In this document: positions 9,889 to 22,330 of the stretch, piece by piece
Layout of the letters: every line of letters starts with the position of its first letter
Numbering within the stretch: position 1 is the stretch's first letter
Assembly (NCBI GenBank): GCA_964629685.1
Contig: CAZVTT010000001.1
Location: forward strand, 176,627 to 240,626
From: an uncultured Gammaproteobacteria bacterium
GTDB taxonomy: Bacteria; Patescibacteriota; Microgenomatia; UBA10105; UBA927
Length of the DNA stretch: 64,000 nucleotides
Direction of reading: 5' to 3'
Made by a program: the position numbers and the translations under genes
The notes under the pieces: model-generated
Told to the model about the DNA's origin: nothing
Databases searched by the model: none
What the model saw: the letters and a program-made list of their open reading frames with translations, nothing else

Positions 9889-11369
9889 TCTGAAGTTTGA
9901 TTGAGTACACAATGAATAAGTGGAGTTATACGATTGAGTAAATTTTCCGCAATCAGATAATTACCTAAGCTTGTAGCATGGCCAAAATTCCCAGCGAATT
10001 TATCCGTAAAGAGCTCGTCATAGGTATATGCTTTTAACGCATCCTTGAATATCTGTTCATTATCTATAAGTAAACTCTTTGTAATATCTTCATGACAATG
10101 ATATTCATTCGTTACCTTATCGGCACCGATAATTGAAGCTAACTCATCTACCGGACGTAAGGGATACTGCATTGCAATATGAATAACCCCGTTATTCATC
10201 AATAAATCCTTAATACGGATATAATTCTCTGTAGTCTTCTCAAATATAATTTCACGTTCCGAAACTTCTAATATTCCAGAATCAGTAGCTTGCATTTCTA
10301 AATTGTGTAATTCTAGAATAATCTGCTTATTTTCAGGTTCCAATACCAACGCCTGAGAATACATCTTCTGAGCCTCGTTGTACTGATGTTTATCACGGGT
10401 TAAATTTGCCAACCGTACAATCCATGTCACCTCTTCTGGTCTTCTTTCCACAGCTTTCCGAAGGTAATATTCTGCTTCATCAATTCGTTTTTCTAAATAC
10501 AATAAGTACCCGTATTCTCCGGCAACCCAATCATCATCTGGCTTAAGATTCAAAGCTTTTTGATACATTAATTCGGACAAATTATATCTGTCGATGGTCC
10601 GATAAAAGTTACCTAGTTCAATGTATGAACGGTAATTTTCAGGATCTCTAGCCAAATAGATATCTATGGTATCTGATAATTCCTTCTCACGGCTTAGGAA
10701 GGACAAAATTGTCATTAAATTTAAGAGCGCTATTTTATTATTTTTATCTAATGACAATGCCCTTCTGACCAAGCGTTCGGCTTTAACAAAATTCTGTTTT
10801 TGAATTTCTGAACGTGTGGATGCATTCAACCAACTGATATCATCAGTAACATGAAGTTGATTAAATAATTCAATAAAATCGGACGCACTAAGGAATAGCA
10901 GACGGTATATTTTATAAAGCCTTAGGTGTTCAATCCACGTACCAGTTTGATTTACGACAATAAATTTTTTATCTATCAACCCAATGTCATAAGTATCATT
11001 TATTCCCATCATAGAAATAACAATCTGAGGCTGATACTTACGTAGTAAATCAGGCAATTTCTCGACTATCACGTCCGTTGTAGTCCCAATGATTCCTTCA
11101 TTTAGCACTTGAATTGAAATATTTCTGTCAACAAATGCTGATTGTAACAACAATTCCAATTGACTAGCATAAGAGTCTTTTCCACCAAGCGCCGTCGTTG
11201 ATTCTCCTACGGCTAAAATTGTGATATCGGTATTTTGTACAGATTTTGCCTGAGATATGTATTGAGCGTAAATCCTTAGTAAAATTTCAACCAGCAGAAG
11301 AGAAATAACAACGCTAGCTACTAACTGCGCGACAAATTTCACGTTAATCCGATTCTTATGTAATTTCAT
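9885..11369 (-). CDS. membrane-anchored SGNH/GDSL-type hydrolase with a large inserted TPR-repeat domain
   Basis: N-terminal transmembrane helix. SGNH block I ILAVGESTTALGG, block III SMMGINDT, then about 280 aa of TPR-like repeats (for example YQKALNLKPDDDWVAGEYGYLLYLEKRIDEAEYYLRKAV). A block-V-like FAGNFGHATSLGNYLIAE lies near the C-terminus. Confidence 0.6.
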   Translation of the reverse strand: MKLHKNRINVKFVAQLVASVVISLLLVEILLRIYAQYISQAKSVQNTDITILAVGESTTALGGKDSYASQLELLLQSAFVDRNISIQVLNEGIIGTTTDVIVEKLPDLLRKYQPQIVISMMGINDTYDIGLIDKKFIVVNQTGTWIEHLRLYKIYRLLFLSASDFIELFNQLHVTDDISWLNASTRSEIQKQNFVKAERLVRRALSLDKNNKIALLNLMTILSFLSREKELSDTIDIYLARDPENYRSYIELGNFYRTIDRYNLSELMYQKALNLKPDDDWVAGEYGYLLYLEKRIDEAEYYLRKAVERRPEEVTWIVRLANLTRDKHQYNEAQKMYSQALVLEPENKQIILELHNLEMQATDSGILEVSEREIIFEKTTENYIRIKDLLMNNGVIHIAMQYPLRPVDELASIIGADKVTNEYHCHEDITKSLLIDNEQIFKDALKAYTYDELFTDKFAGNFGHATSLGNYLIAENLLNRITPLIHCVLNQTSD

Positions 11370-12050
11370 AGAATACTACGGGAAATGAAGCACATATTTA
11401 ATACATATGGCTTTTTTAAACCTCTACATTACTGTAAAAAGCCTAAACCGACACAATCATACGTCCTCCAAGTGATACTTATATTTATTCAGAAATAGAC
11501 TTGAACAGTGTACATATATGAAGTACCTTTCGGAATTATCTGAGGATATGCAAAATCAATCTTCTTACCATACAAGTGATGCTCATGATCTTCCTGACTT
11601 ACAACTATTCAAATTTAGAGCACTTGCTGCTACAACGCACAAGACGTTTAAACTATTTATATTTTGAATTACATATATCGGTACTTTTACTTTATCAAAG
11701 CATATCATGGGTAGGAATACGTATAAAAATTTCACATACTTCCCTTTTATTGCCAATAAATCACCAACGTACCTCAACAGATACCACCTGCGGAAAATCT
11801 TTATGTAAAATGCATGTATCTAAGTAATATCGTTTAAACAAGCAGTTCTCTGCATGCATTCTTGTAGTTTATATAATCAATACTATCTTCAACCAATTCC
11901 TGATAGAAACTGTTCATAAATCAAGCGAACGATTAGCTTGAAAGAAAAAATATAAGATTGGCTATTTATCAAACACTTTATATACATGCATCAAAACAAG
12001 AACACACAGTAAATTTGATAATTACTCTGAATTTATACTCTTATTCGTAA

Positions 12051-13232
12051 TCATTTCCCGAAAAATAGTACGGCTCTGAGAATTTCTGCCATTTCTTTAT
12101 AACCCGTTGAATTCATATGTTTAACAAACGCCTTCGGTTCTTCTTCTTCTGTTAGAAAAAAAGATTTTATCCGGCCGTCTATACTGGTCATTGACGCATC
12201 GACGGCTGATGCCGAAGACAACGGATTATCGCGCAAATCAATAACTGCAGGATCGTATTTATCTGCAAGTAAGGTATTTACATCAATAAAAGATTGATTA
12301 TTTCTGGAAAAAGCATCGTAGTACATTTTCCTGCGTTTCATCTCCCCCTCGTCATTGGACATACCATAGTTAAAAAAATGCTGAAACGGCATGAGGATTA
12401 TGTTCATAGTTCCCTTTTCCTGCTCAACTCGTTTTTGAATATCCGTTACGAAATAAACGGTCTTTTCTGCCATTTCCCGTTCAACTTCCTCTGAGAGGAC
12501 ATTACTGCATCCTGCTGTGGCAACCGCATCGCCACCCGGTACAAAACCGATTAAAAACAACACCATTCTTCCTATAAATGTTTGATTAACCCATGGTCCC
12601 ATATAGGTAAGCGCTTTCCCTTGGCGATACACATTATTCTTCCAGTGTGGCAGTTGTGTATATCCGCGGACACTATCCTTTCTGTAAAGGCAATAATCAT
12701 TTGCCTCGTCAAGGTCGTTTTCGTGCAGATTCCAGATAAATACGGCCGGATGGTACGTATTAACCAAACTGAGGGAATAATTATATATCTGATCAGCACC
12801 GTATCCAGGGACTCCGGCATTAATCACATTCACGTCCTGCCCGTTATCTAACAACATTTTCTCCAATTGAGCCGGGTACGATTCCAGATGGGTTGCACCG
12901 TGAGAGTATGTATAAGAATCTCCTACCATGACTATTACCTTCGTACCGCTTCCAATGTCATTATTCGCACGAAAATCAGGGCGGAATCCGAACTCATCCA
13001 CGGCCCAATCCTCCCGACTGGAGGTAGAATTATAGATATTCATATTACCGGGTATATCCGTTAACTTATATACTCTATCCTCGGATGGAATGAACATCCA
13101 TGTACGAATTTCCTGACCGATTGCGTCTTCAAAGGCCAAAGGGGGGAACCGTATCCGAAGAACTTTTCCAATACCTTCCACCAATACCAGCGAAAGAATA
13201 AAGGCCAGTAACAAGATGATCAATTTTTTCAT
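12051..13232 (-). CDS. secreted/membrane-anchored SGNH/GDSL-family esterase (candidate glycan O-acyl esterase or transferase)
   Basis: Signal/anchor MKKLIILLLAFILSLVLV. Block I VIVMVGDSYTYSHGA. Block II INAGVPGYGADQ. Confidence 0.6.
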   Translation of the reverse strand: MKKLIILLLAFILSLVLVEGIGKVLRIRFPPLAFEDAIGQEIRTWMFIPSEDRVYKLTDIPGNMNIYNSTSSREDWAVDEFGFRPDFRANNDIGSGTKVIVMVGDSYTYSHGATHLESYPAQLEKMLLDNGQDVNVINAGVPGYGADQIYNYSLSLVNTYHPAVFIWNLHENDLDEANDYCLYRKDSVRGYTQLPHWKNNVYRQGKALTYMGPWVNQTFIGRMVLFLIGFVPGGDAVATAGCSNVLSEEVEREMAEKTVYFVTDIQKRVEQEKGTMNIILMPFQHFFNYGMSNDEGEMKRRKMYYDAFSRNNQSFIDVNTLLADKYDPAVIDLRDNPLSSASAVDASMTSIDGRIKSFFLTEEEEPKAFVKHMNSTGYKEMAEILRAVLFFGK

Positions 13233-13364
13233 TATTACAATCGCCTACATTCAATATATTTGCCTGGATATTTTATATAGTTTCGTGGTATAACCCAAAA
13301 CATATAATCATGATCCACGCAAAATGGACCTAGTATTTCCAGAAGACGGTCATAATATTCTATC

Positions 13365-14327
13365 ATGGCAAAAAAAATACCAAAATTCACCATCGGCGTG
13401 GTAATACCGACACTCTATCGTGACAGCAAAGTTGTATACCGCTGTTTACGTAGCCTGAAAAAATCATTAGCCGAAGTTAATTCAGAGATTATTCTCAACG
13501 TAGTAATCTATAACAATGAACACCCAAAGGAATCAATTCCGGGTCTGAATACACGCAAGAAGAAATCCCCCATCCACCTTTATTCACACGTTAATAAAGG
13601 CTTTGTAGGTGCGGTAAACGACAGTATTCAGGGATACTACACCAACTATCCGTGTGATTGGTATCTCATCATAAATAATGACACGGTAGTCCGGCAGGAT
13701 TTTTTCAAACGGTTTCTGCCGTACTTACGGAGCAAAACGAGTGTTATCAGCTGTCAGGTCTCAGACGGCAACCATTGCGAAAGCTCAGGATTACGGTATC
13801 GTAGGAATGGACTTGCATTTCCGGCAAAGGCGCGCTTATCGATGAATTCGGAAACCTCGTTAACAACGGGTACTTGTTTTTTTATTTCCCATCGGGAAGT
13901 AAAAAAACAGCTATCTCAATTCGGTTATGTTCTTCATCCGTTGTATTTCGCTTATGCTGAAGATCTGGAACTTTCACTAAGAGTGAGACAGACGGGAGGT
14001 ACAATTACTATTTTAAATTCTGAACTCATTACACACAGCGGATCACACACTGCCAAGCGCGGTTCAAAAATGCAACTTTACTATGGATATAGGAATTTAT
14101 TGTTAACAATTTGGCTGCACTGGCCTACCGAACTGGTATTTATGAATATTCATTATCTCCTCCAGGGGCAACTATACGTTTTGGGAATGCTGATATATAA
14201 ACAGTATTGGTTACTTTATCCGAAAATAATCTGGTACCTTATAAAGAACCGTAAGACGTTAAATTATTGCCGCACACAATACGCAGGGATTCGTAAAAAT
14301 AACCGTTTATCACAGTATTTAACATGA
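13365..14327 (+). CDS. GT2-family (GT-A) glycosyltransferase
   Basis: N-terminus FTIGVVIPTLYRDS, with KGFVGAVND and a DxD-like ELSLRV region. These features are typical of GT2 rhamnosyl/glucosyltransferases. Confidence 0.6.
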   Translation: MAKKIPKFTIGVVIPTLYRDSKVVYRCLRSLKKSLAEVNSEIILNVVIYNNEHPKESIPGLNTRKKKSPIHLYSHVNKGFVGAVNDSIQGYYTNYPCDWYLIINNDTVVRQDFFKRFLPYLRSKTSVISCQVSDGNHCESSGLRYRRNGLAFPAKARLSMNSETSLTTGTCFFISHREVKKQLSQFGYVLHPLYFAYAEDLELSLRVRQTGGTITILNSELITHSGSHTAKRGSKMQLYYGYRNLLLTIWLHWPTELVFMNIHYLLQGQLYVLGMLIYKQYWLLYPKIIWYLIKNRKTLNYCRTQYAGIRKNNRLSQYLT

Positions 14328-15478
14328 TTCGCAATGCCCTTATTCTGATTCCCTTTAACGCAAAAATTGCCGATGGTTGTGATTACGCAATCCAAACTTT
14401 AAACATTCTCGGAAAAACAAATACCGTAATCGGAGTTGCCCTCGGTGATCCTATCTCATTATGGAAATCGTTTCCCGATGTAATTCGTAAAAGAAACCTT
14501 CTAATAACACATATATGGAATAGTCGTATTGTACGTCCTGTTTTTATTTTCCCGGGACAGAGGTTTTCATTTATTCAATCGCTCAACTACATTTTTTTTG
14601 CGATCTGTTTGAAGTTGTACATCTCCTATACCCAAACGGGAAAAAGGAAAATACTCTGGTTTTTCGAACCAACACACCTGGCAGATTATATAAAAATATT
14701 TAATTCGTATACATCCGTATATGATTGTGTAGACTATTTTGGAGCTAGCTACAAATCCGTCATAAGCGAAGAAAAATACATTCTTTCACATGCTTCTGTC
14801 GTTGTAACCAATTCCGCTACGCTTGGGAACAAACTTAGACAGGTCCGGCAAGACACGGAACAAGTCCAGCTGGGATTTGCGGAAGACGTTTTTAAAAAAG
14901 TACCAAAAATTCGTTCTCCGCATGTTTTTACGGTTGGATATGTTGGTGGAATAAACTATAGAATAAATTACTCTTTACTAATTTCAATCATTAGCGAACT
15001 TAAGGATGTCCACTTCCATTTCGTTGGCCCAATTCAGCAACAATTAATCCCTAATGAACCAAATTTTATGCCTTTATTTAACAAACTTCGTGCTTTTCCG
15101 AATGTCTCATGGGTACCGGGACAACATAAACACGAAATGCCTGCAATTATTTCAGGATTTGATATAGGTCTGATTCCATATGATTCCAAATTCCCCTTCA
15201 ATCGATATTGCTTTCCGATGAAAACAATGGAGTATTTTTTCCTGGGAAAACCAGTGATTGCTACCGGCGTACAAGAAGTAGTTAAGTATAAACCGTATGT
15301 ATTCATTCCTGGCAACAAGAAGTCGTTTGTCACCTTCATAAAAACCGTTCAAAAAAACGGGTGGCAATATTCGGGTGATCAAAAAAGAGTTGCTCTGTCC
15401 CATTCATGGCGAATAAAATTAGACTCCATTAGCAGTATAATCATGACAAAGTATCCGGCTTTTTACGATGGGAATTAA
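14324..15478 (+). CDS. putative GT1/GT4-like glycosyltransferase (divergent)
   Basis: 384 aa with GT-B-like architecture (VGYVGGINYRINYSLL...FPMKTMEYFFLGKPVIATG), inside the glycan locus. Weak similarity only. Confidence 0.45.
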   Translation: MIRNALILIPFNAKIADGCDYAIQTLNILGKTNTVIGVALGDPISLWKSFPDVIRKRNLLITHIWNSRIVRPVFIFPGQRFSFIQSLNYIFFAICLKLYISYTQTGKRKILWFFEPTHLADYIKIFNSYTSVYDCVDYFGASYKSVISEEKYILSHASVVVTNSATLGNKLRQVRQDTEQVQLGFAEDVFKKVPKIRSPHVFTVGYVGGINYRINYSLLISIISELKDVHFHFVGPIQQQLIPNEPNFMPLFNKLRAFPNVSWVPGQHKHEMPAIISGFDIGLIPYDSKFPFNRYCFPMKTMEYFFLGKPVIATGVQEVVKYKPYVFIPGNKKSFVTFIKTVQKNGWQYSGDQKRVALSHSWRIKLDSISSIIMTKYPAFYDGN

Positions 15479-16721
15479 GCACCCAGATTACAGCAAACAA
15501 ACACGCCAAAAAGTGAATAAGATAACTCCCCGTCATCATCCCGACAACTCCTTCAAGACCGTTCCCGGGAATAAGCTGAAATCCCAGTATTAACTTCGCA
15601 ACTAATGTCAGCAGCATTAATAAAAACGTTAATGAAACATAGCCGTAAAAATCCAAAAAGTGACGTAGTGGGAAGATAAACACACTTTGAAATAATTTAA
15701 GTAATAAAAAAATACCTATTAACGGTTCGATCACACCGAATCCCTTACCCAAGAATGCTGTAACCAATATATGCCGTAGACTATACAGAGTATATCCGGC
15801 CATTGCGCCCACGACGAGCATTATTACCATGATACGTTTCGTAAATTGCAGGCCTTTTCTCAAATCGTTATTATGTTCGGCTATAAAACTGTGGAACAAG
15901 TTTAAAAACGGAAGAAATAGTATATCCAGACTATCTATAATAGTCGTAATTCCTGCCAGCATACCGACAGAATGGTTATTTGCAAAGCGGTTCAGTAACA
16001 AAACATCAAGGCTGGCATAGAAAACATACAGTACAAATGAACCAGACATCGGGAGAGAGTACCGGAAGTAATCTCCGATTAATCGCGCAGGAAGCGATAT
16101 TTTAACCTTCCGGATATTTCCTGCAATTCTAACGGCTAATATAAAAGCAACAATTACTGCTGCCAGAACTATGTGAAAAACCAATGAATCTGGCGACACC
16201 AACCCAAACGATAATATACCAAGTAACAAAACCAATCTGGTTAGTGGAAGCAAGATATAACTCCCTATACCATAGGCAACAATATACCGATTTGCGTTTA
16301 AGTAACCCAGAAAAAGTTCAATGTAGGCAAATACGGGAAGGAACAGTATAACATGGTTAAGTTCATCGGATGCGGACAGTACGGTACCGGTCACCAATCC
16401 AATAATGTTCGGGATAAAGAAAAAGCAGATAATCAAAATACCGGACAATACTAAAGAAACCAGAAGTGTAAGTACCAATAGGCTTACGGAAACCGTATGC
16501 TTGTCATCTATCTTTGCAATACTCGAAAATCTTACCAAAGACGTCTGGAATCCCAATAATGTCACGGAAGACAAAACCGTAAATGTGCTTAGGGCTACTT
16601 CAACCGTACCCAGCATTTCTATACCCAATCGGGCAAGCAAAGCCTTCCAGAAAAGGCTTAATATCTTCCCGAAAACCATACAGAGGATCACTATTCCCCC
16701 GCTACGCAAGTACGCTTTCAT
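15441..16721 (-). CDS. oligosaccharide/polysaccharide flippase (MOP superfamily, Wzx-like)
   Basis: 426 aa with about 12 transmembrane helices. The N-terminus GGIVILCMVFGKILSLFWKALLARLGIEMLGTVEVALS is typical of Wzx/polysaccharide biosynthesis proteins. Confidence 0.7.
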   Translation of the reverse strand: MKAYLRSGGIVILCMVFGKILSLFWKALLARLGIEMLGTVEVALSTFTVLSSVTLLGFQTSLVRFSSIAKIDDKHTVSVSLLVLTLLVSLVLSGILIICFFFIPNIIGLVTGTVLSASDELNHVILFLPVFAYIELFLGYLNANRYIVAYGIGSYILLPLTRLVLLLGILSFGLVSPDSLVFHIVLAAVIVAFILAVRIAGNIRKVKISLPARLIGDYFRYSLPMSGSFVLYVFYASLDVLLLNRFANNHSVGMLAGITTIIDSLDILFLPFLNLFHSFIAEHNNDLRKGLQFTKRIMVIMLVVGAMAGYTLYSLRHILVTAFLGKGFGVIEPLIGIFLLLKLFQSVFIFPLRHFLDFYGYVSLTFLLMLLTLVAKLILGFQLIPGNGLEGVVGMMTGSYLIHFLACLFAVIWVLNSHRKKPDTLS

Positions 16722-16791
16722 AATCGTTTAACCTCTAAAATTCCGGCTTACACTTCTGGAATACACCCGAAGCCTTTTTAAATCCGTAAAA

Positions 16792-17973
16792 CTAAAAATC
16801 AGGACAATCTTTAAACACTTTTTGTAATGCTGCCGCTCGGTATTCCTCCCCAAGTGTTAATGTGGTAATTCTTGCATTCTCTGATAATCGTAAATAGTCT
16901 CGATAATTATATTTCTTAATAACCGTTTTCAGGCATTGTGTAAGAGCAAAACTACTCACGGTTTTAATTTCATAGCCGTTATTTCCGTTTCGCAAGACGT
17001 CCATCGTTCCGCCCCGCGCAAACGCGATTATAGGGGTTCCACAGGATAATGACTCTATTACCACGTTTGCAAAGGGCTCTTCCCAAACGGAGGGGAAAAT
17101 GCAAAACGTCGCAGACTGATATTGTTTATATAGTCGATCATACCTAACTTTACCAACGATTCTCACATTATCAAATTTTTGCAATGACAGAACCTTCTTT
17201 TCCAGCTCTTCCTTTATCTTGTAATAATATGGCAAATGACTCCAGAGATCAGCGGATCCGCAGATAGTAAACGAGACCTTATTCCCGAAAGATTCGTTTA
17301 TGGACGTTATTGTTTCCGCTAACAGGTCGACTCCCTTTTCATACGCCCATGTTCCTACAAACAAAAAATTAAGTGTTTTCGGAAGTAACTTTTTTTTGTA
17401 GGGAAACATTGTTTTATCAACTGAATTATAGATTACATATATTCGACATGCCTGTAAGAATGGGTATTTATTTACCATTTGTTTCCTAAAATTTTTGGAA
17501 GGAAAAACCAACCTAATCTTTTTAAGCGTTTCCGGAAACAACCGTAATAACTCGACATCCTCATTGTCGTTCTGAAGAGATAACACGGTTCTCTCTGCGG
17601 CAAACAACGCAACGCACGGGACATCGCTGACGTAAAGCACATCACTTGTTCTCGTTAAAGCGTAAAATCGTAAACTTAACAGTAAATCGCTCAGCAGAGT
17701 TAAATACTTCAACACCCGGCGGGCTACTTTCGGTAGGAACGGCAGACGAGATAACGTAAGTACTCCGACTAAATTCAGCAAGAAATGCGGATAGCTGATT
17801 TGTGATAAGGGTACTCCGGTCTGAGAAACTGCCTTCGCTGTCGTATAACCGCGGACTAATTGTCTTTGTTTTTCTAACGAAGCCAGATCTTTAAGAAACG
17901 CCCGTTCACACCCTGCAGTATAAGCAGTGTTTAATACAACGACACTTGGTTTCAGCAACATGGATACCGTCAT
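16792..17973 (-). CDS. GT4-family glycosyltransferase
   Basis: FVGTWAYEKGVDLLAETI...ESLSCGTPIIAFARGG. Confidence 0.75.
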   Translation of the reverse strand: MTVSMLLKPSVVVLNTAYTAGCERAFLKDLASLEKQRQLVRGYTTAKAVSQTGVPLSQISYPHFLLNLVGVLTLSRLPFLPKVARRVLKYLTLLSDLLLSLRFYALTRTSDVLYVSDVPCVALFAAERTVLSLQNDNEDVELLRLFPETLKKIRLVFPSKNFRKQMVNKYPFLQACRIYVIYNSVDKTMFPYKKKLLPKTLNFLFVGTWAYEKGVDLLAETITSINESFGNKVSFTICGSADLWSHLPYYYKIKEELEKKVLSLQKFDNVRIVGKVRYDRLYKQYQSATFCIFPSVWEEPFANVVIESLSCGTPIIAFARGGTMDVLRNGNNGYEIKTVSSFALTQCLKTVIKKYNYRDYLRLSENARITTLTLGEEYRAAALQKVFKDCPDF

Positions 17974-17993
17974 AAAGTCTTAATACTGCCAAA

Positions 17994-19733
<1,740 letters not shown>

Positions 19734-19907
19734 TTAAATACGGACTATATATTATTTTGAAAAAAAATTTACGGTATAAACAATAAATACCGGTTATTGC
19801 ATTTTTTACTGATAGGAGACAAAATAGTACTTTTCATACATTCAGAATTTAATTCTGCGCAATTGCAAAAGCATTTGGCATTACAAACTCGCTACTTATA
19901 CTTGAAC

Positions 19908-21125
19908 CTATTTACTCTTGAGAATAGCCTCAGAAGTATGTAAGATTACGTCATTATAGAAATTTTCAGTCTGTTTTGCTACCGAAGAAATCCTAAACAT
20001 GTTTCTCCAAATCCTGTTGTTTTTCTCCATCTTCATTCTTTCGTCTGCCTTATAAATCAGCCTAAATATGGCATTCGCGCATTGCCGGACATTCCCGGGC
20101 TCATAAAGCATACCGTTCTTCCCCGATATGATAAATTCCGGTATACCTCCCGCATGACCAACTACTACGGCTTTCCCCCAACGAATTGCATCCAATATTG
20201 CCATGGGCTGATTTTCGAACGGAGATGTCGAGGCGACATAGATCATTGCTTTCCGATACAGCATATCCAGTTCAGTCTGCGTTTTCTGAGGTAAAATACG
20301 TATGTTTTTTTGTAATTTATTTTGTAAAATATATGAATTTAAATACGTTCTGTAACTTACCATTTTACCGTCTATAATCATTTCCGTATCTCCTCCTGCA
20401 ATAATAAACTTCAACTTTGGATAACGCCGGAAGATTGGGATACACGATCGGATTAAGAACTCAATTCCCTTCCCCTTTTCTAGGCCTCCCACTGTTAAAA
20501 GGTAGTCGGAGCTTGCTCTCCCAGGCGTAATGCGCGGAATAGTAATACCATTTGGGATGATTGCGTGAGGTATTTTCGTTAATGTGCGTAAGGCAAGAAG
20601 TAACCGATGTGTAGACAACATAAACCGCGTTGGTGCTGTTATACCGCTACAGACTAAAAGAGAGCACATTTCAAAAAAATGAACCAGTAGATGATCAAGT
20701 GTAACCGGCAAGTCATTATCAGCTCGGTATTGCAACCATGATTTATGTAACCTTACGACAGTTTTCGACTTAATGATGCAGGAAACAAACAGACAGCTTG
20801 ACCCACTCTCGGAAGTCTCAATTATTTGAAATGGTCCATGAGTTTTCACAAAATGATACACGCCAATCATCCATTTGATCCTATCTAATGTATAAGGGAA
20901 TAATGTATTCAATAATCCCTCTCCGGGAATTCTCCGTTTAAAATAAGCCAGCGTGTAGAATGATACGCCCTTTATATTTCTGTGTGTATCTGAATCGCCT
21001 CTCGCTAAAACAACCACTTCATGTTTTCTGTGCCGCATCTCTTTAGCTAACACCATTGTGTATGTCGTAATCCCGCTTGTTCTTTTACTGGGATACTCCA
21101 GAGGTATAATGTATAACAGCTTCAT
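19908..21125 (-). CDS. GT4-family glycosyltransferase
   Basis: MKLLYIIPLEYPSKRTSGITTYT at the N-terminus. C-terminal FENQPMAILDAIRWGKAVVV. Confidence 0.7.
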   Translation of the reverse strand: MKLLYIIPLEYPSKRTSGITTYTMVLAKEMRHRKHEVVVLARGDSDTHRNIKGVSFYTLAYFKRRIPGEGLLNTLFPYTLDRIKWMIGVYHFVKTHGPFQIIETSESGSSCLFVSCIIKSKTVVRLHKSWLQYRADNDLPVTLDHLLVHFFEMCSLLVCSGITAPTRFMLSTHRLLLALRTLTKIPHAIIPNGITIPRITPGRASSDYLLTVGGLEKGKGIEFLIRSCIPIFRRYPKLKFIIAGGDTEMIIDGKMVSYRTYLNSYILQNKLQKNIRILPQKTQTELDMLYRKAMIYVASTSPFENQPMAILDAIRWGKAVVVGHAGGIPEFIISGKNGMLYEPGNVRQCANAIFRLIYKADERMKMEKNNRIWRNMFRISSVAKQTENFYNDVILHTSEAILKSK

Positions 21126-21293
21126 AAACGTATTATTACTTCAATATTTTATATAAAATGTTAACCGATATACGTGGTAAACAAATGCGGTACTGTTATA
21201 TCACAAAATATATTAATATGGGATATAATCCTTTACTTACTCAATAAAACGAACCGCTAATACGCGTGAGTGATTAGACAACTATAGGACTGT

Positions 21294-22325
21294 ATGAAAA
21301 ATATCATTATTATAGGCTCAGGCAAACGCGTTCAGCATACTATTCTGCCCGCATTAGCCTGTCTTCCTCAGAAAGTCTTTATAACAGATATTTTAGGAAA
21401 ATCATCCAAAACAATCAGCAGTCCATTCGGCAAACTCAAAGTCCGCCCTATTGAAGATTTACCGTCAATAGATACCGAATTAACGGATACCATTATCATC
21501 GCTATTACCACAGAACACGTTCCGACAGTACTTAAAACATTAAGCCACATGGACGTAAAGCGCATCACTCTTTTTCTTGACACGCCTGTTTTCCTACCCA
21601 ATCATATCTACGCCAAATCATATGTAACAAAATTCAAAAACGTGTATGTAACAGAAGATATTGTAAAACTCTCTTTACTGACGATTGCTAAAAATGTAAT
21701 ACTTCAGAATAAAATAGGTGAAATACGGCACATCATCCTCTGGCATTCCGGATATAGACATCATGCACTCGCTTTCCTCAGAAGACTTTTATCCCAACCC
21801 TACATACGGCGAATTCGCAGGAAAAAATACAATGATTCTGTAGCTGAAACGTTCATCACGTTCCCCAATGGTATAACAGCTGCAATACTAGAACCGCGGG
21901 ATTATTCCGTTGGCAGGCTGCTGATAATTGGAGAAAAGGGAGCCATCGCAAATTATCCGTTAACAACCGATAATTCGATTGAAATTAAAATCATCGTTAA
22001 GAACAAATCTTATCAGGGGGTTAGCGTTACGAACACGGAACAAACGTACTTATTCAAAAAACCAAATAATTCAGACTTTAATTCAGTATTTATGGCAAAT
22101 GACACAATGGGCATGATGAAAATTGAAGCGTTAGCCTGCCTTTTCACCAGCTATATGTATGACAAACATGAAGAGCTATACTCACTTGGGGATGGTCTAT
22201 ACGATATGATGGCCACATATGCAGTACAAAAATATTCACACTTTTTTGATATAAAATTACCGTTTACGAACACTTCGCTAGTCCAGGCTGTGCTTACAAA
22301 AAACACACAGCCGGCAAAACGCTGA
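21294..22325 (+). CDS. putative NAD(P)-binding oxidoreductase (Gfo/Idh/MocA-like N-terminal domain)
   Basis: N-terminal Rossmann-like MKNIIIIGSGKRVQHTILPAL. The rest is divergent. Confidence 0.35.
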   Translation: MKNIIIIGSGKRVQHTILPALACLPQKVFITDILGKSSKTISSPFGKLKVRPIEDLPSIDTELTDTIIIAITTEHVPTVLKTLSHMDVKRITLFLDTPVFLPNHIYAKSYVTKFKNVYVTEDIVKLSLLTIAKNVILQNKIGEIRHIILWHSGYRHHALAFLRRLLSQPYIRRIRRKKYNDSVAETFITFPNGITAAILEPRDYSVGRLLIIGEKGAIANYPLTTDNSIEIKIIVKNKSYQGVSVTNTEQTYLFKKPNNSDFNSVFMANDTMGMMKIEALACLFTSYMYDKHEELYSLGDGLYDMMATYAVQKYSHFFDIKLPFTNTSLVQAVLTKNTQPAKR

Positions 22326-22330
22326 TCACA

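Noticed and set aside
11576-11827. 83-aa and 64-aa ORFs on opposite strands in the 11.4-12.0 kb gap
   Set aside because: They mutually overlap, are AT-rich low-complexity translations, and lack ribosome-binding-site-like context. They are treated as non-coding.
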